This document shows, in pieces, positions 10,110 through 19,695 of a DNA stretch of 64,000 nucleotides (positions are counted from its first letter, which is position 1; each line of letters begins with the position of its first letter). Origin of the DNA: Candidatus Omnitrophota bacterium (GTDB taxonomy: Bacteria > Omnitrophota > Gorgyraeia > Duberdicusellales > 4484-171). Below the pieces are notes generated by a model that was given only the letters and a program-made list of their open reading frames with translations, was not told the DNA's origin and did no database searches. Made by a program: the position numbers and the translations under genes. The stretch spans positions 1 through 64,000 of the forward strand of contig JAIPGM010000005.1 of NCBI GenBank assembly GCA_021735655.1, in the 5' to 3' direction.

Positions 10110-12694
10110 GACGACGTCTCCTTTTTACTAAAAAAACATATAACCCTTTGCGAAGTAACATCGGAGATTATCCTCAAATCTTCGCTGCTTAGGTCATAGA
10201 CACTAATAATATCTTTATACTTAGCAGAACCAGGTACTAATTTAGCGAGCAAATTATCATGCTCAATCAACCAAGACTTATTAAATATAACTCCCTTATT
10301 TTCAGGAAAAAGAGCAATATAAAATATGCTAGTTTCGACTAAATCCTGAAAGAAATGGGTTCCAAAAGATAATTCCGGCATAAGGTTTCCAGCTGAAAAT
10401 GCAACCTCAGCTAAGACTGCTATATTATTTATCTCGGCAAATTTTACTGGAACGCCCAAGGATGGAGTTGTTGTGCCCCATCTTCCCGGTCCGATAAGAA
10501 GAGTATAGAACTGCTCCCGATCAGTCAGATTCCGATTGAGCCGCCCGACAACCCGAGCGATTTCATACTTATCTGATAAAACTAATTTATTGTAACCTTC
10601 CGGATCAATATAGATAATTCTTTCTACTTTATGAGAAATATTTCCGCCGAAAAAATACCCTTGAGACTCAAAAAATATATCAGTTTTAAGTATTTTCTTA
10701 GGCATCCTGACCCTTTTACCGATACCAACTGTTTGTAATGGTCTACACTGTAATACATTTATTTTAAATAAATCATCCTCAGTAAAATTAACGGTAAATT
10801 CTAATTCTACTGGATAATTATAACTTTTCTCAAGTAATTCCAGTATCTTCTTAAAAGAATTGGCTAATTTACTCTTGCTAAAAGCCTTATCTAAAGTTAA
10901 TATCCAGTAATCCTTATCTTTTAAATTTCTACCGCGCATCATTTCTGTAGCTTCATAATCTTTAACCGCCATGCGGTTTAAATCGTTATAAATATTACTA
11001 CGAGCCAAATCATTAAATGAAATGGTTTCAAAACTATTATTTTTTGTATTTATAACATCGACCTCGTGCTGTGAGAATTTTCGCAAATCGTCTTTTTCGG
11101 CATACGGCCTTCGCAAAGGATCATCTAAAGCAACCATCCTCGGATAATCACCTTCAACCCGATTAACCGCTCTAGTGCCCAGCCCAAAAACTACCCTAAG
11201 CATTCCCGCTTTAGGGTCAATATCTTTATTCCAAACATGGGTATTGTGTGAAACTCCAACCCCAGCTAGATCAGGGAAAAAACAACAATCATGATGGGCT
11301 CCAGAAACTCGTTGTATTAAAAGCGCCATCTGCTCATCCAACTTGTCCAAACCACGCTGCTTCCGGTAGACTAAAGCATCCTCGCTCATGGTGCTGGCAT
11401 AAATTTTTCTTACTGCCTCGGCAAACATAAGATATCTTTGCTCGGGGCTGCCCTGGTTAGCCAAAAATATACTCTCATACTTACCAGCAAAAGCATTACC
11501 AAATCCGTCCTCAAGCAATGAACTTGACCGTATGATAATCGGTGAAGAGCCAAAATATTCAATAATTTGTTGAAAATGTTCTCTGATCTCCTCAGAAAAA
11601 GTTCCATAAAGCATCTTATCTTTAAGAATCTTCGCAATCGAAAAATAACCTTCTTCGCCTCTTTGCTGCATACGTAATTTCCACCAGCGGTTTTGCACAA
11701 TATAAGAATAAAATATATCTGAACCAATATAAAACGAATCGTGTGGTTCTGAAAGTTTAGGCCAATCCGGCAATTTTTCCGAAAGCATCTTACGGGCCAA
11801 AAGCATACCAGCGCTTTTACCACCGATAAAACCAGTTCCAATTAAGCGAGATTTTATATCAATTAACTCAGCCAGTGATAAATTATTCACTGCCAACGAC
11901 ATAATTTTTTCATTTTTGCTTATCATCAAGCTACAAATTTTCTTAACAATATCGGATATTTTTTCCTTAGCCGGCCGGACCTTAATTAGTTCGTCAGCTT
12001 CAAGAAATAAACGATCCCAATAATCAAGATTTCGCTTTGCGCTTTCAAGGCCCTTTTCGCTAATATGAGAAAGTATTTCTACCGCATTAATGCTGTCGGC
12101 AATTGGTGTCCAGCGATCATCTTCTCTTTGATGCGGAAGAAACATTGTCGGTGTATACCGATTCCAAACTTTCAACGGATGGATATAAAAACTTCCCCGA
12201 CAGCGATAGACATCCATAAGCAGTTGTGTGGTTTCTCGTATTTGAGCTATCGACTTAAAAGAATGACTATTACGTAATATCGAAAAATAAGTTAAAGTTT
12301 TAAGTTCGTAAAGATAAGGACAAGTTACCATAAAAAAATTACCAATCATTAAATCACTGGCCCAAGCCGAGAGCAACTCTGAAAGGCAATCAAAAACATA
12401 ATAAGCGCCCTGGCCTTCTTTAGTAATAATTTGATTTAATTCGGTAGCAAACGACTCAAAACCAATCGAAGGTTTAAGATCATATCGCTTTATCTTAGCT
12501 GAAGATTCTAGTAACTCTTTATGTGAAGCAAAACGGATATAGATAACCTTCTTATCCTCAAGCAAAGCCTGATCAACAAAAGGCTTAACCAGCTCAACGT
12601 AGTCTTCTATATCATCAATTTGCCAAACAACATTGTCACCAGCTCGTAACCCGGTAATTACTTTATCCAAACCTTTTATTCCCGTACTTATCAT
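10106..12694 (-). CDS. Large protein of unknown function: degenerate KaiC/RecA-like N-domain plus a PEP-synthase/PPDK_N-type ATP-grasp domain.
   Basis: 862 aa. The N-terminus GIKGLDKVITGLRAGDNVVWQID resembles KaiC/RecA domain starts but has no Walker A motif. The central region has PpsA/PPDK_N signatures (IIRSSSLLEDGFGNAFAGKYESI; ...FKINVLQCRPLQ). The C-terminus has GPGRWGTTTP, a swivel-like stretch without the catalytic His. ATGA overlap with carA and an 11-nt gap after gltD place it in the same operon. Confidence 0.55.
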   Translation of the reverse strand: MISTGIKGLDKVITGLRAGDNVVWQIDDIEDYVELVKPFVDQALLEDKKVIYIRFASHKELLESSAKIKRYDLKPSIGFESFATELNQIITKEGQGAYYVFDCLSELLSAWASDLMIGNFFMVTCPYLYELKTLTYFSILRNSHSFKSIAQIRETTQLLMDVYRCRGSFYIHPLKVWNRYTPTMFLPHQREDDRWTPIADSINAVEILSHISEKGLESAKRNLDYWDRLFLEADELIKVRPAKEKISDIVKKICSLMISKNEKIMSLAVNNLSLAELIDIKSRLIGTGFIGGKSAGMLLARKMLSEKLPDWPKLSEPHDSFYIGSDIFYSYIVQNRWWKLRMQQRGEEGYFSIAKILKDKMLYGTFSEEIREHFQQIIEYFGSSPIIIRSSSLLEDGFGNAFAGKYESIFLANQGSPEQRYLMFAEAVRKIYASTMSEDALVYRKQRGLDKLDEQMALLIQRVSGAHHDCCFFPDLAGVGVSHNTHVWNKDIDPKAGMLRVVFGLGTRAVNRVEGDYPRMVALDDPLRRPYAEKDDLRKFSQHEVDVINTKNNSFETISFNDLARSNIYNDLNRMAVKDYEATEMMRGRNLKDKDYWILTLDKAFSKSKLANSFKKILELLEKSYNYPVELEFTVNFTEDDLFKINVLQCRPLQTVGIGKRVRMPKKILKTDIFFESQGYFFGGNISHKVERIIYIDPEGYNKLVLSDKYEIARVVGRLNRNLTDREQFYTLLIGPGRWGTTTPSLGVPVKFAEINNIAVLAEVAFSAGNLMPELSFGTHFFQDLVETSIFYIALFPENKGVIFNKSWLIEHDNLLAKLVPGSAKYKDIISVYDLSSEDLRIISDVTSQRVICFFSKKETSS

Positions 12695-12705
12695 TTTAGA
12701 AACCT

Positions 12706-14151
12706 CTAAGTAACCGATAAGTTACTTTCTCCGATTAAATACTTATCAATATAATGAGCACAACGCCTGCCTTCAGAAATAGCCCAAACAACCAGTGACT
12801 GGCCACGTCGCATATCTCCGGCCGAAAAAACTTTATCAACCGATGTCATATATTTATTATCGGTTTTTACATTTCCCTGCTTGTCAAGTTTAACTTTAAG
12901 ATCGCTAAGTAAGCCAGCATGTTCCGGATGTAAAAACCCTATAGCCAAAATAACTATATCAACCTCAATCTCAAAATCACTCCCGAGAATATCTTGCATA
13001 ACCGGGCAACTCTTGCCATCAGCTGCAACAAATTCTACCCTTTTACAGCAAATTTTCTTTAAGCGACCACCCTTGCCAACAAATTGCTTTGTCAAAACAG
13101 CCCATTGACGTTGACCACCCTCCTGATGACTTGAGGTCGTCTTTAAAAGTAAAGGATAATTCGGCCAAGGATAATCTTTACTACGGCACCGTAAAGGCTT
13201 CGGCATGACTTCTATCTGGACAACCCTAGCTGCCGACTGACGATGAGCAGTCCCTAAACAATCAGCCCCGGTATCGCCTCCGCCGATAACAACAACTCTT
13301 TTACCAGAGACATCAATAATTTGATCCTCTGGAATACTCTCACCGGAAAGCCTTCTGTTGACTTGGGTTAAATAGTCCATAGCGTAATAAATACCCTTAA
13401 GTTCCCTGCCCTTTATTTTAAGATCTCTTGGAACGCGTGAGCCTCCGGCTAAACAAATAGCATCAAATTCAGTTGTCAGTTTTTCAACCGAATAATCTCT
13501 TCCTACATCAACACCGGTCTTAAAAACAACCCCTTCCTCTTTCCAAATATTGATACGCCGATCGATTATAGACTTTTCAAGTTTAAAATCAGGTATACCA
13601 TAACGAAGAATTCCTCCCGGTTGATTGTCGCGCTCAAAAATAACTACCCTGTGTCCGGCCCGGTTTAGTTGAGTTGCCACAGTTAAACCAGCTGGGCCTG
13701 AACCAACAACCGCTACTTTTTTGCCAGTCCGCTCGCCTACAGTGATCGGTTTAATTATCCCGGCTCTAAAACCAAATTCACTAACAGCCAGCTCATTTTC
13801 AGCAATAGTAACAGCATCACTATTCAAAGCTAACACGCAAGCATGCTCGCAAATAGCCGGACAAATTCTACCAGTTATTTCTGGAAGATTGTTGGTCGCT
13901 TCTAATAACTTAACTGCTTCTTCCCAATTGCCCTTAAACATATAATCATTCCACTCCGGGATATAGTTTCCTATCGGACAGGCCCAATGACAAAAAGGCG
14001 TACCACAATCCATGCAACGTGATGCCTGCTCCTGCGACTGCTCATCGGGTCGCAGATAGCGAACTTCTTTAAAATCCTGAATTCGCTCATCGACCTGACG
14101 ATACTTACCCTCTTTTCTTGATGCCTTCAGAAAACCTCTTAAATCACCCAT
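12706..14151 (-). CDS. gltD: Glutamate synthase (NADPH) small subunit.
   Basis: Cys cluster CMDCGTPFC...CP and the VAVVGSGPAGL FAD/NAD motif. Start taken at the ATG (MGDLRG) preceded by GGAG. An alternative TTG start at 14172 is possible. Overlaps the gltB stop. Confidence 0.9.
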   Translation of the reverse strand: MGDLRGFLKASRKEGKYRQVDERIQDFKEVRYLRPDEQSQEQASRCMDCGTPFCHWACPIGNYIPEWNDYMFKGNWEEAVKLLEATNNLPEITGRICPAICEHACVLALNSDAVTIAENELAVSEFGFRAGIIKPITVGERTGKKVAVVGSGPAGLTVATQLNRAGHRVVIFERDNQPGGILRYGIPDFKLEKSIIDRRINIWKEEGVVFKTGVDVGRDYSVEKLTTEFDAICLAGGSRVPRDLKIKGRELKGIYYAMDYLTQVNRRLSGESIPEDQIIDVSGKRVVVIGGGDTGADCLGTAHRQSAARVVQIEVMPKPLRCRSKDYPWPNYPLLLKTTSSHQEGGQRQWAVLTKQFVGKGGRLKKICCKRVEFVAADGKSCPVMQDILGSDFEIEVDIVILAIGFLHPEHAGLLSDLKVKLDKQGNVKTDNKYMTSVDKVFSAGDMRRGQSLVVWAISEGRRCAHYIDKYLIGESNLSVT

Positions 14152-17100
14152 CGTATGTCTCCGACAAACCAAGTTTTTCCTCTATCTGTGCTTCCTCTAA
14201 TATGCGCTTATACTCTATCGGTATAACCCGGATAAATTTTTTGAGTTCTTCATTCATGCTATCGATAACCCTTTTTGCTCTTTTGCTTCCGGTATATTTG
14301 AAATGGTTATCAAGTAAATTATACAATACATCTTTGTCCTTCTCCTTGATCTCTTGAAGTTCAACCATATCTAAATTACATTTATTTCTAAAGGTCTTAT
14401 CTTGATCATAAATATAAGCTATTCCGCCACTCATACCAGCAGCAAAATTTCTGCCGGTTTTGCCTAAAACAATTACTCGACCACCAGTCATATATTCACA
14501 ACCGTGATCGCCAAGACCTTCAACAACTGCATACAACCCGGAGTTTCTTATGCAAAACCTCTCACCAGCTACACCACAAATATAAGCCTCACCGGAAATT
14601 GCTCCATAAAAACTAGTATTGCCGATAATTATATTCTCAGTCGGTTCAAAATCAGCTCTTTTATCCGAATATACTATTATTTTTCCACCGGATATACCTT
14701 TTCCGATATAATCATTAGCCATCCCCTCTAATTCAAAAGTAATGCCCTTAGCTAGAAATGCACCAAAACTTTGTCCGGCTGCACCCTTAAACTTACAATT
14801 AATTGTGTCCTCTAAGAGCACTCCATCACCGCATCTGCGTGAAAGTTCACCGCTCAACATTGCACCGGTAGCCCGATTGGTATTATTAATATCCATAACT
14901 ATATTTACCGGCCTATTTTTCTTAAAAGCAACTTCACTCATCTTTATTAGCTTACTATCTAAAACCGAACCTAAATCTTTAGCCTGTTTAGACTTTCGAT
15001 ATGGTTTGATATTTTGATTAGAGCAATCCGGACGATAAAGAATTCTTGATAAATCCAATCCTTTTGCTTTTTCCGGAACAATCGCCCTATCCATTTCAAG
15101 CAAATCAGTACGTCCAATCATCTCATTAATAGTTCTTATTCCTAAACTTGCCATAATCTGACGGAGTTCTTTTACGACAAAATGAAAATAATTTACTATA
15201 TATTCCGGACGGCCCCTAAACCGTTTCTGCAAAATATCATCCTGGGTAGCTACCCCGACTGAACAATTATTTAAGTGGCAATGCCTGAGCATAACACAAC
15301 CACTGATAATCAAGACAGCCGTACAAAAACCATATTCTTCGGCTCCCAATAAGGCAGCTATTGCAACATCGCGACCAGTGCGTATTTGTCCATCGGTCTG
15401 TATGCGAACTCTCGAACGTAGCTTGTTAAGTATCAAAGTCTGATGTGTTTCAGAAAGGCCCAACTCCCAAGGAAGCCCAGCATAACGTATTGAACTCATT
15501 GGCGAGGCACCAGTACCGCCATCACCCCCTGAAATAAGTATCATGTCAGCGTGACCCTTAGCTACCCCGGCAGCAACCGTGCCCACGCCTAGCTCCGAAA
15601 CAAGCTTCACACTCACCCGGGCATTAGGGTTGGCATTTTTTAGATCAAAAATTAACTGGGCTAAGTCTTCAATTGAATAAATATCATGATGTGGTGGCGG
15701 TGATATTAAAGTTACTCCCGGAGTAGTAAACCTAGTCCTAGCAATTGATTCACTGACTTTATGTCCCGGAAGTTGACCGCCTTCTCCTGGCTTTGCGCCT
15801 TGGGCAATTTTTATCTGTATTTCATCAGCATTAACTAAATAATTTATAGTTACCCCAAAGCGGCCAGAAGCAACCTGTTTTATGGCACTTCTTCTGGAAT
15901 CACCGTTAGGTAAAGTTATAAATCTAGATGGATCCTCTCCGCCCTCACCAGTATTAGACTTTCCACCTATTCTATTCATAGCAATAGCAATAGTTTCATG
16001 AGCCAATCTACTTATTGAGCCAAAACTCATGGCACCGGTAGCAAAACGTTTCATGATATCCTTAGCTAGCTCAACCTTATCAATCGGAATTTCCTTTTGC
16101 TTCTTAAACTTAAACAAACTCCTCAAAGTCGTTGGATTAGCTGACTGATCGTTTATAACCTGAGCAAATTCGCAATAACGATCATAATCATTATTAGTTG
16201 CAGCGTCCTGTAAAGTTGCTATACTTTTTGGATTCCAAAGATGAAACTCGCCGTCTTTTTTCCACTGGTAAATTCCACCACTAGCCAAGTAAGGTTTCTC
16301 AATCACTCTCCTAGGATAAGCCTCTTTATGTCTTTCGATGGTTTCGTTAGCAACCCCTAATAGGCTAACTCCGCCAATCCGAGATGCTGTACCAGTAAAA
16401 TATTTGTCAATAAAATCGGAAGCTAAACCCAAAGCTTCAAATATCTGAGCGCCCCGATAACTTCTCAAGGTAGATATCCCCATCTTTGAAAGTATCTTTA
16501 AGATACCGTCAGTTAAAGCTTTTCGGTAATTAGTTAAGGCTTTTTGATAATCAAGAAAAATTTCTTTTTTATCGATCAGATAACCAATAGCTCCATAAGC
16601 AAGGTAAGGATTTATACAATCAGCCCCATAGCCAATAAGTAGGGCAAAATGGTGTACTTCCCGAGGCTCAGCACTTTCAACAACTATCGCCACCTGTGAA
16701 CGAATAGTCTTTTCTACCAAATGCTGGTGGACAGCGCTTACCGCTAAAAGAATCGGAAGAGCAATATTATCTTTATTAACTCCCCGATCGCTGAGAATAA
16801 CAAAAGAATATCCTTGTTCAATGGCATATTCTGTTTCAAAACAAATTCGCTCTAGAGCTCGGACAAAACCTTCTTGACCACTGGCAGCATCAAAAAACGT
16901 ATATACTGTTTTGGCTTTAAATCCATTTATACTGATATCACGTAAATTCTGAAACTCTTGATCATTCAATATTGGATTTTTAACTCTAAGCTTATGACTA
17001 TGCCCCGGAGTTTCCTCAAGAATATTCTTCTCCGGGCCGACATAGCTCTCCAAACTCATAACTAACTTCTCTCTAATTGAATCTATGGCCGGATTAGTAA

Positions 17101-18676
17101 CTTGAGCAAAAAGCTGCTTAAAATAACTATAAAGCAGTTGGGGTTTGGCCGATAAAAAAGCATGCGGAGTATCATTACCCATTGAGCTAACCGGTTCTTT
17201 CCCACTTTCAGCCATAGGCTTTATAATTAACCTAAGGTCTTCACGTGAATAGCCAAAAGCTTTTAAACTGTAGATTATTTCTTCATATTCCTCTCGGTTA
17301 CAATCACCAATAGCCAATTCATCAAAATTAACCATGCCTGCATCGTTCCATTGTTTGTAAGGAAAACGAGAAGCTACCCGTCGCTTAATTTCCGAATCAT
17401 CTACTATTGAGCCGGATTCAGTATCAATAAAAAATATCTTTCCCGGCTCGAGCCGTCCAGAAAGCTTGATTTCTGCTGGATCTATATCTAAAACACCAAC
17501 TTCCGATGCCATTACCACGAATCCATTCTTGGTTATTATGTACCGAGCTGGTCTGAGACCATTTCGATCAAGAGCGGCTGCTATGTTTTTTCCATCAGTA
17601 AAAGCTACAGCGGCCGGGCCATCCCAAGGCTCCATAAAACAAGCATGATACTTATAGAAATGTTTTAGCTCCGAGCTCATTGATTTGTCGTCTTCCCAGG
17701 CTGCTGGGATTAACATCATCATCGCATGCTCGATAGATCTTCCCGACAAAACCAAGAGCTCCAAAATGTTATCGAGCGCAGCTGAATCACTTCCACCCTT
17801 AACGATAACTGGTTTCAACTTATCAATATCGCTACCAAATGATTGACTAACCAACAACCTTTCCCTGGCGCTTACCCAATTTATATTGCCACGTAAAGTG
17901 TTTATTTCGCCATTGTGGGCTAAAAAACGGAAAGGTTGGGCTAAATCCCAAGTAGGAAAAGTATTTGTACTATAACGTGAATGGACTAAACAAAGTGAAC
18001 TTTCTAAGGAGCTATCCTTTAAATCAACAAAAAAATCACGTAGTTGCGAAGGCATTAGCAAACCTTTATAGCTTAAAGTCCGAGACGACAGGTTAGTTAT
18101 ATAAAAAAAAGATTTCTGCTTTAATCCGGCTACGCTAATTGCATTTTCGATTTGTTTACGAATAACATAAAGTTTTCGTTCAAAACCAAGCTGATCATCT
18201 AATTCCCCGCTTCTACCAATAAAAGCCTGAGATATAAATGGCATGCTACGCCTAGCACCTTTGCCAATCACTGAAACTTCAACCGGAACGTCACGCCAAC
18301 CTAAAAACTCTTGGCCTTCCTGTTTAATCTTTTTTTCGAATATACCGCGGCAAATGTCTCGTTCGTTCTTATCGGTCGGTAAAAATACTAAGCCAGTACC
18401 ATAGAAATTTGCCTTTGGCAAATTAATTCCGCTAGCTTTACATTTTTCAAACAAAAACTTATGTGGTATCTGAATAAGCATACCGGCGCCATCCCCGGTA
18501 TTAGGATCTGAACCAACAGCTCCACGATGACTTAAGCGCTCAAGAACCTCAATGCCCTTATCAATAAGAGCATAAGATTTCTTGCCGTTTATATTACAAA
18601 CAAACCCTACACCACAGCTATCATGCTCAAACTGCGAATCATATAAACCCTGGGTTTTAGGAAAATTGGAAAACAT
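14144..18676 (-). CDS. gltB: Glutamate synthase large subunit.
   Basis: 1510 aa. Ntn amidotransferase Cys (DSCGVGF), FMN/Fe-S central domain and the GXGXG C-terminal domain. Confidence 0.95.
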   Translation of the reverse strand: MFSNFPKTQGLYDSQFEHDSCGVGFVCNINGKKSYALIDKGIEVLERLSHRGAVGSDPNTGDGAGMLIQIPHKFLFEKCKASGINLPKANFYGTGLVFLPTDKNERDICRGIFEKKIKQEGQEFLGWRDVPVEVSVIGKGARRSMPFISQAFIGRSGELDDQLGFERKLYVIRKQIENAISVAGLKQKSFFYITNLSSRTLSYKGLLMPSQLRDFFVDLKDSSLESSLCLVHSRYSTNTFPTWDLAQPFRFLAHNGEINTLRGNINWVSARERLLVSQSFGSDIDKLKPVIVKGGSDSAALDNILELLVLSGRSIEHAMMMLIPAAWEDDKSMSSELKHFYKYHACFMEPWDGPAAVAFTDGKNIAAALDRNGLRPARYIITKNGFVVMASEVGVLDIDPAEIKLSGRLEPGKIFFIDTESGSIVDDSEIKRRVASRFPYKQWNDAGMVNFDELAIGDCNREEYEEIIYSLKAFGYSREDLRLIIKPMAESGKEPVSSMGNDTPHAFLSAKPQLLYSYFKQLFAQVTNPAIDSIREKLVMSLESYVGPEKNILEETPGHSHKLRVKNPILNDQEFQNLRDISINGFKAKTVYTFFDAASGQEGFVRALERICFETEYAIEQGYSFVILSDRGVNKDNIALPILLAVSAVHQHLVEKTIRSQVAIVVESAEPREVHHFALLIGYGADCINPYLAYGAIGYLIDKKEIFLDYQKALTNYRKALTDGILKILSKMGISTLRSYRGAQIFEALGLASDFIDKYFTGTASRIGGVSLLGVANETIERHKEAYPRRVIEKPYLASGGIYQWKKDGEFHLWNPKSIATLQDAATNNDYDRYCEFAQVINDQSANPTTLRSLFKFKKQKEIPIDKVELAKDIMKRFATGAMSFGSISRLAHETIAIAMNRIGGKSNTGEGGEDPSRFITLPNGDSRRSAIKQVASGRFGVTINYLVNADEIQIKIAQGAKPGEGGQLPGHKVSESIARTRFTTPGVTLISPPPHHDIYSIEDLAQLIFDLKNANPNARVSVKLVSELGVGTVAAGVAKGHADMILISGGDGGTGASPMSSIRYAGLPWELGLSETHQTLILNKLRSRVRIQTDGQIRTGRDVAIAALLGAEEYGFCTAVLIISGCVMLRHCHLNNCSVGVATQDDILQKRFRGRPEYIVNYFHFVVKELRQIMASLGIRTINEMIGRTDLLEMDRAIVPEKAKGLDLSRILYRPDCSNQNIKPYRKSKQAKDLGSVLDSKLIKMSEVAFKKNRPVNIVMDINNTNRATGAMLSGELSRRCGDGVLLEDTINCKFKGAAGQSFGAFLAKGITFELEGMANDYIGKGISGGKIIVYSDKRADFEPTENIIIGNTSFYGAISGEAYICGVAGERFCIRNSGLYAVVEGLGDHGCEYMTGGRVIVLGKTGRNFAAGMSGGIAYIYDQDKTFRNKCNLDMVELQEIKEKDKDVLYNLLDNHFKYTGSKRAKRVIDSMNEELKKFIRVIPIEYKRILEEAQIEEKLGLSETYDG

Positions 18677-18897
18677 TAACTCCTCCAGTCTTTAACACGA
18701 ATGCCCAGCCTTTTAATCTTTGAATGAAGAGTGTTTCTATTAAGGCCTAAAATCTTTGCCGCCTGAAGCTTATTGCCATCAACACGAGCTAAAACTGACT
18801 CAATCAAAGGTTTTTCAATGGCCTCGATGACCATTCGGTAAACTTCACCATCTTTAGCTTTAAAAAAAATATCATCAAATTCTACCATTTTTTTCAT
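18676..18897 (-). CDS. Small Fis/NtrC-C-terminal-type HTH DNA-binding protein.
   Basis: 73 aa. The C-terminus LQAAKILGLNRNTLHSKIKRLGI is a Fis-family HTH_8 motif. Its stop overlaps the gltB start, suggesting translational coupling. Confidence 0.65.
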   Translation of the reverse strand: MKKMVEFDDIFFKAKDGEVYRMVIEAIEKPLIESVLARVDGNKLQAAKILGLNRNTLHSKIKRLGIRVKDWRS

Positions 18898-18904
18898 CCC
18901 CTAC

Positions 18905-18945
18905 CAAAAAATAAAAATAAATTATTTTGCCTATATTTTAGGCAA
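18905..18945 (-). terminator. Terminator-like AT-rich hairpin plus U-run between the GATase1 gene and the Fis-HTH/gltB start.
   Basis: Minus strand: UUGCCUAAAAUAUAGGCAA followed by a U-rich tract, ending about 8 nt before the RBS GGTAGGGG of the Fis-like gene. Confidence 0.45.
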
Positions 18946-18961
18946 GCCTGGTCAAAATTTT

Positions 18962-19690
18962 TTAGACAACCAAATTTGCTTTTCTTTCAGAAATAATACG
19001 GGAAAAATTTAAGTAAAGCATCTTTGCCTGATAAATATATTTTTCCTGACAATTAAAATAATCAAACAATAATTTAGTCCTATCAATATCGGCAGAGTAA
19101 TGTTGACACCAACCTTTTAACATCTCAAGATTCATCTCCGGATGAAACTGTACCCCCCAAGCACAAGGGGAAAAACGCACCGCCTGATTTCTGCAAGCTC
19201 TTCCCTCAGCTAAAAGTTTAGCTTCCTTCGGTAATTCAAAGGTATCTTCATGCCATTGGAACACATCAAGCCTTTCGTCTAAACCCCTAAATAATCTGTC
19301 GGCTTGAGCCTCCTCTGTTAAAGAAACTTTAGACCAACCAATTTCCTTATTTTCACACCTTGTAACCTTAGCTCCTAGGGCTTTAGCGATAAGTTGTGCT
19401 CCCAAACATATCCCGAGAACCGGAATTTCCTCCCTAATCAGATACCTTAAAAACTCCTCTTCAACTTCAAGAAAAGGAAACTCCCTCTTCTGGTAGACAT
19501 TCATCGGCCCGCCAAAAACAACCACTCCTTCAATCTGAGAAATATTTTTAATTAGCGAGCCATCTTTAAACTCAAGAAATTGTTTAGGCTGACTTATATC
19601 CAAAATGCGAGTATCCCACTTAGTGCTTTCCAGGAACTTTCCAAAAGTCCCTGGACCTTCCAAACCTAAATGCTGTATAAAAATAATCAT
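18962..19690 (-). CDS. Class I glutamine amidotransferase (GATase1-like, GMP-synthase/PuuD-like).
   Basis: 242 aa with catalytic triad context GICLGAQL ... FHPE. Five-nucleotide gap after glnA. Confidence 0.8.
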   Translation of the reverse strand: MIIFIQHLGLEGPGTFGKFLESTKWDTRILDISQPKQFLEFKDGSLIKNISQIEGVVVFGGPMNVYQKREFPFLEVEEEFLRYLIREEIPVLGICLGAQLIAKALGAKVTRCENKEIGWSKVSLTEEAQADRLFRGLDERLDVFQWHEDTFELPKEAKLLAEGRACRNQAVRFSPCAWGVQFHPEMNLEMLKGWCQHYSADIDRTKLLFDYFNCQEKYIYQAKMLYLNFSRIISERKANLVV

Positions 19691-19695
19691 TCTTT

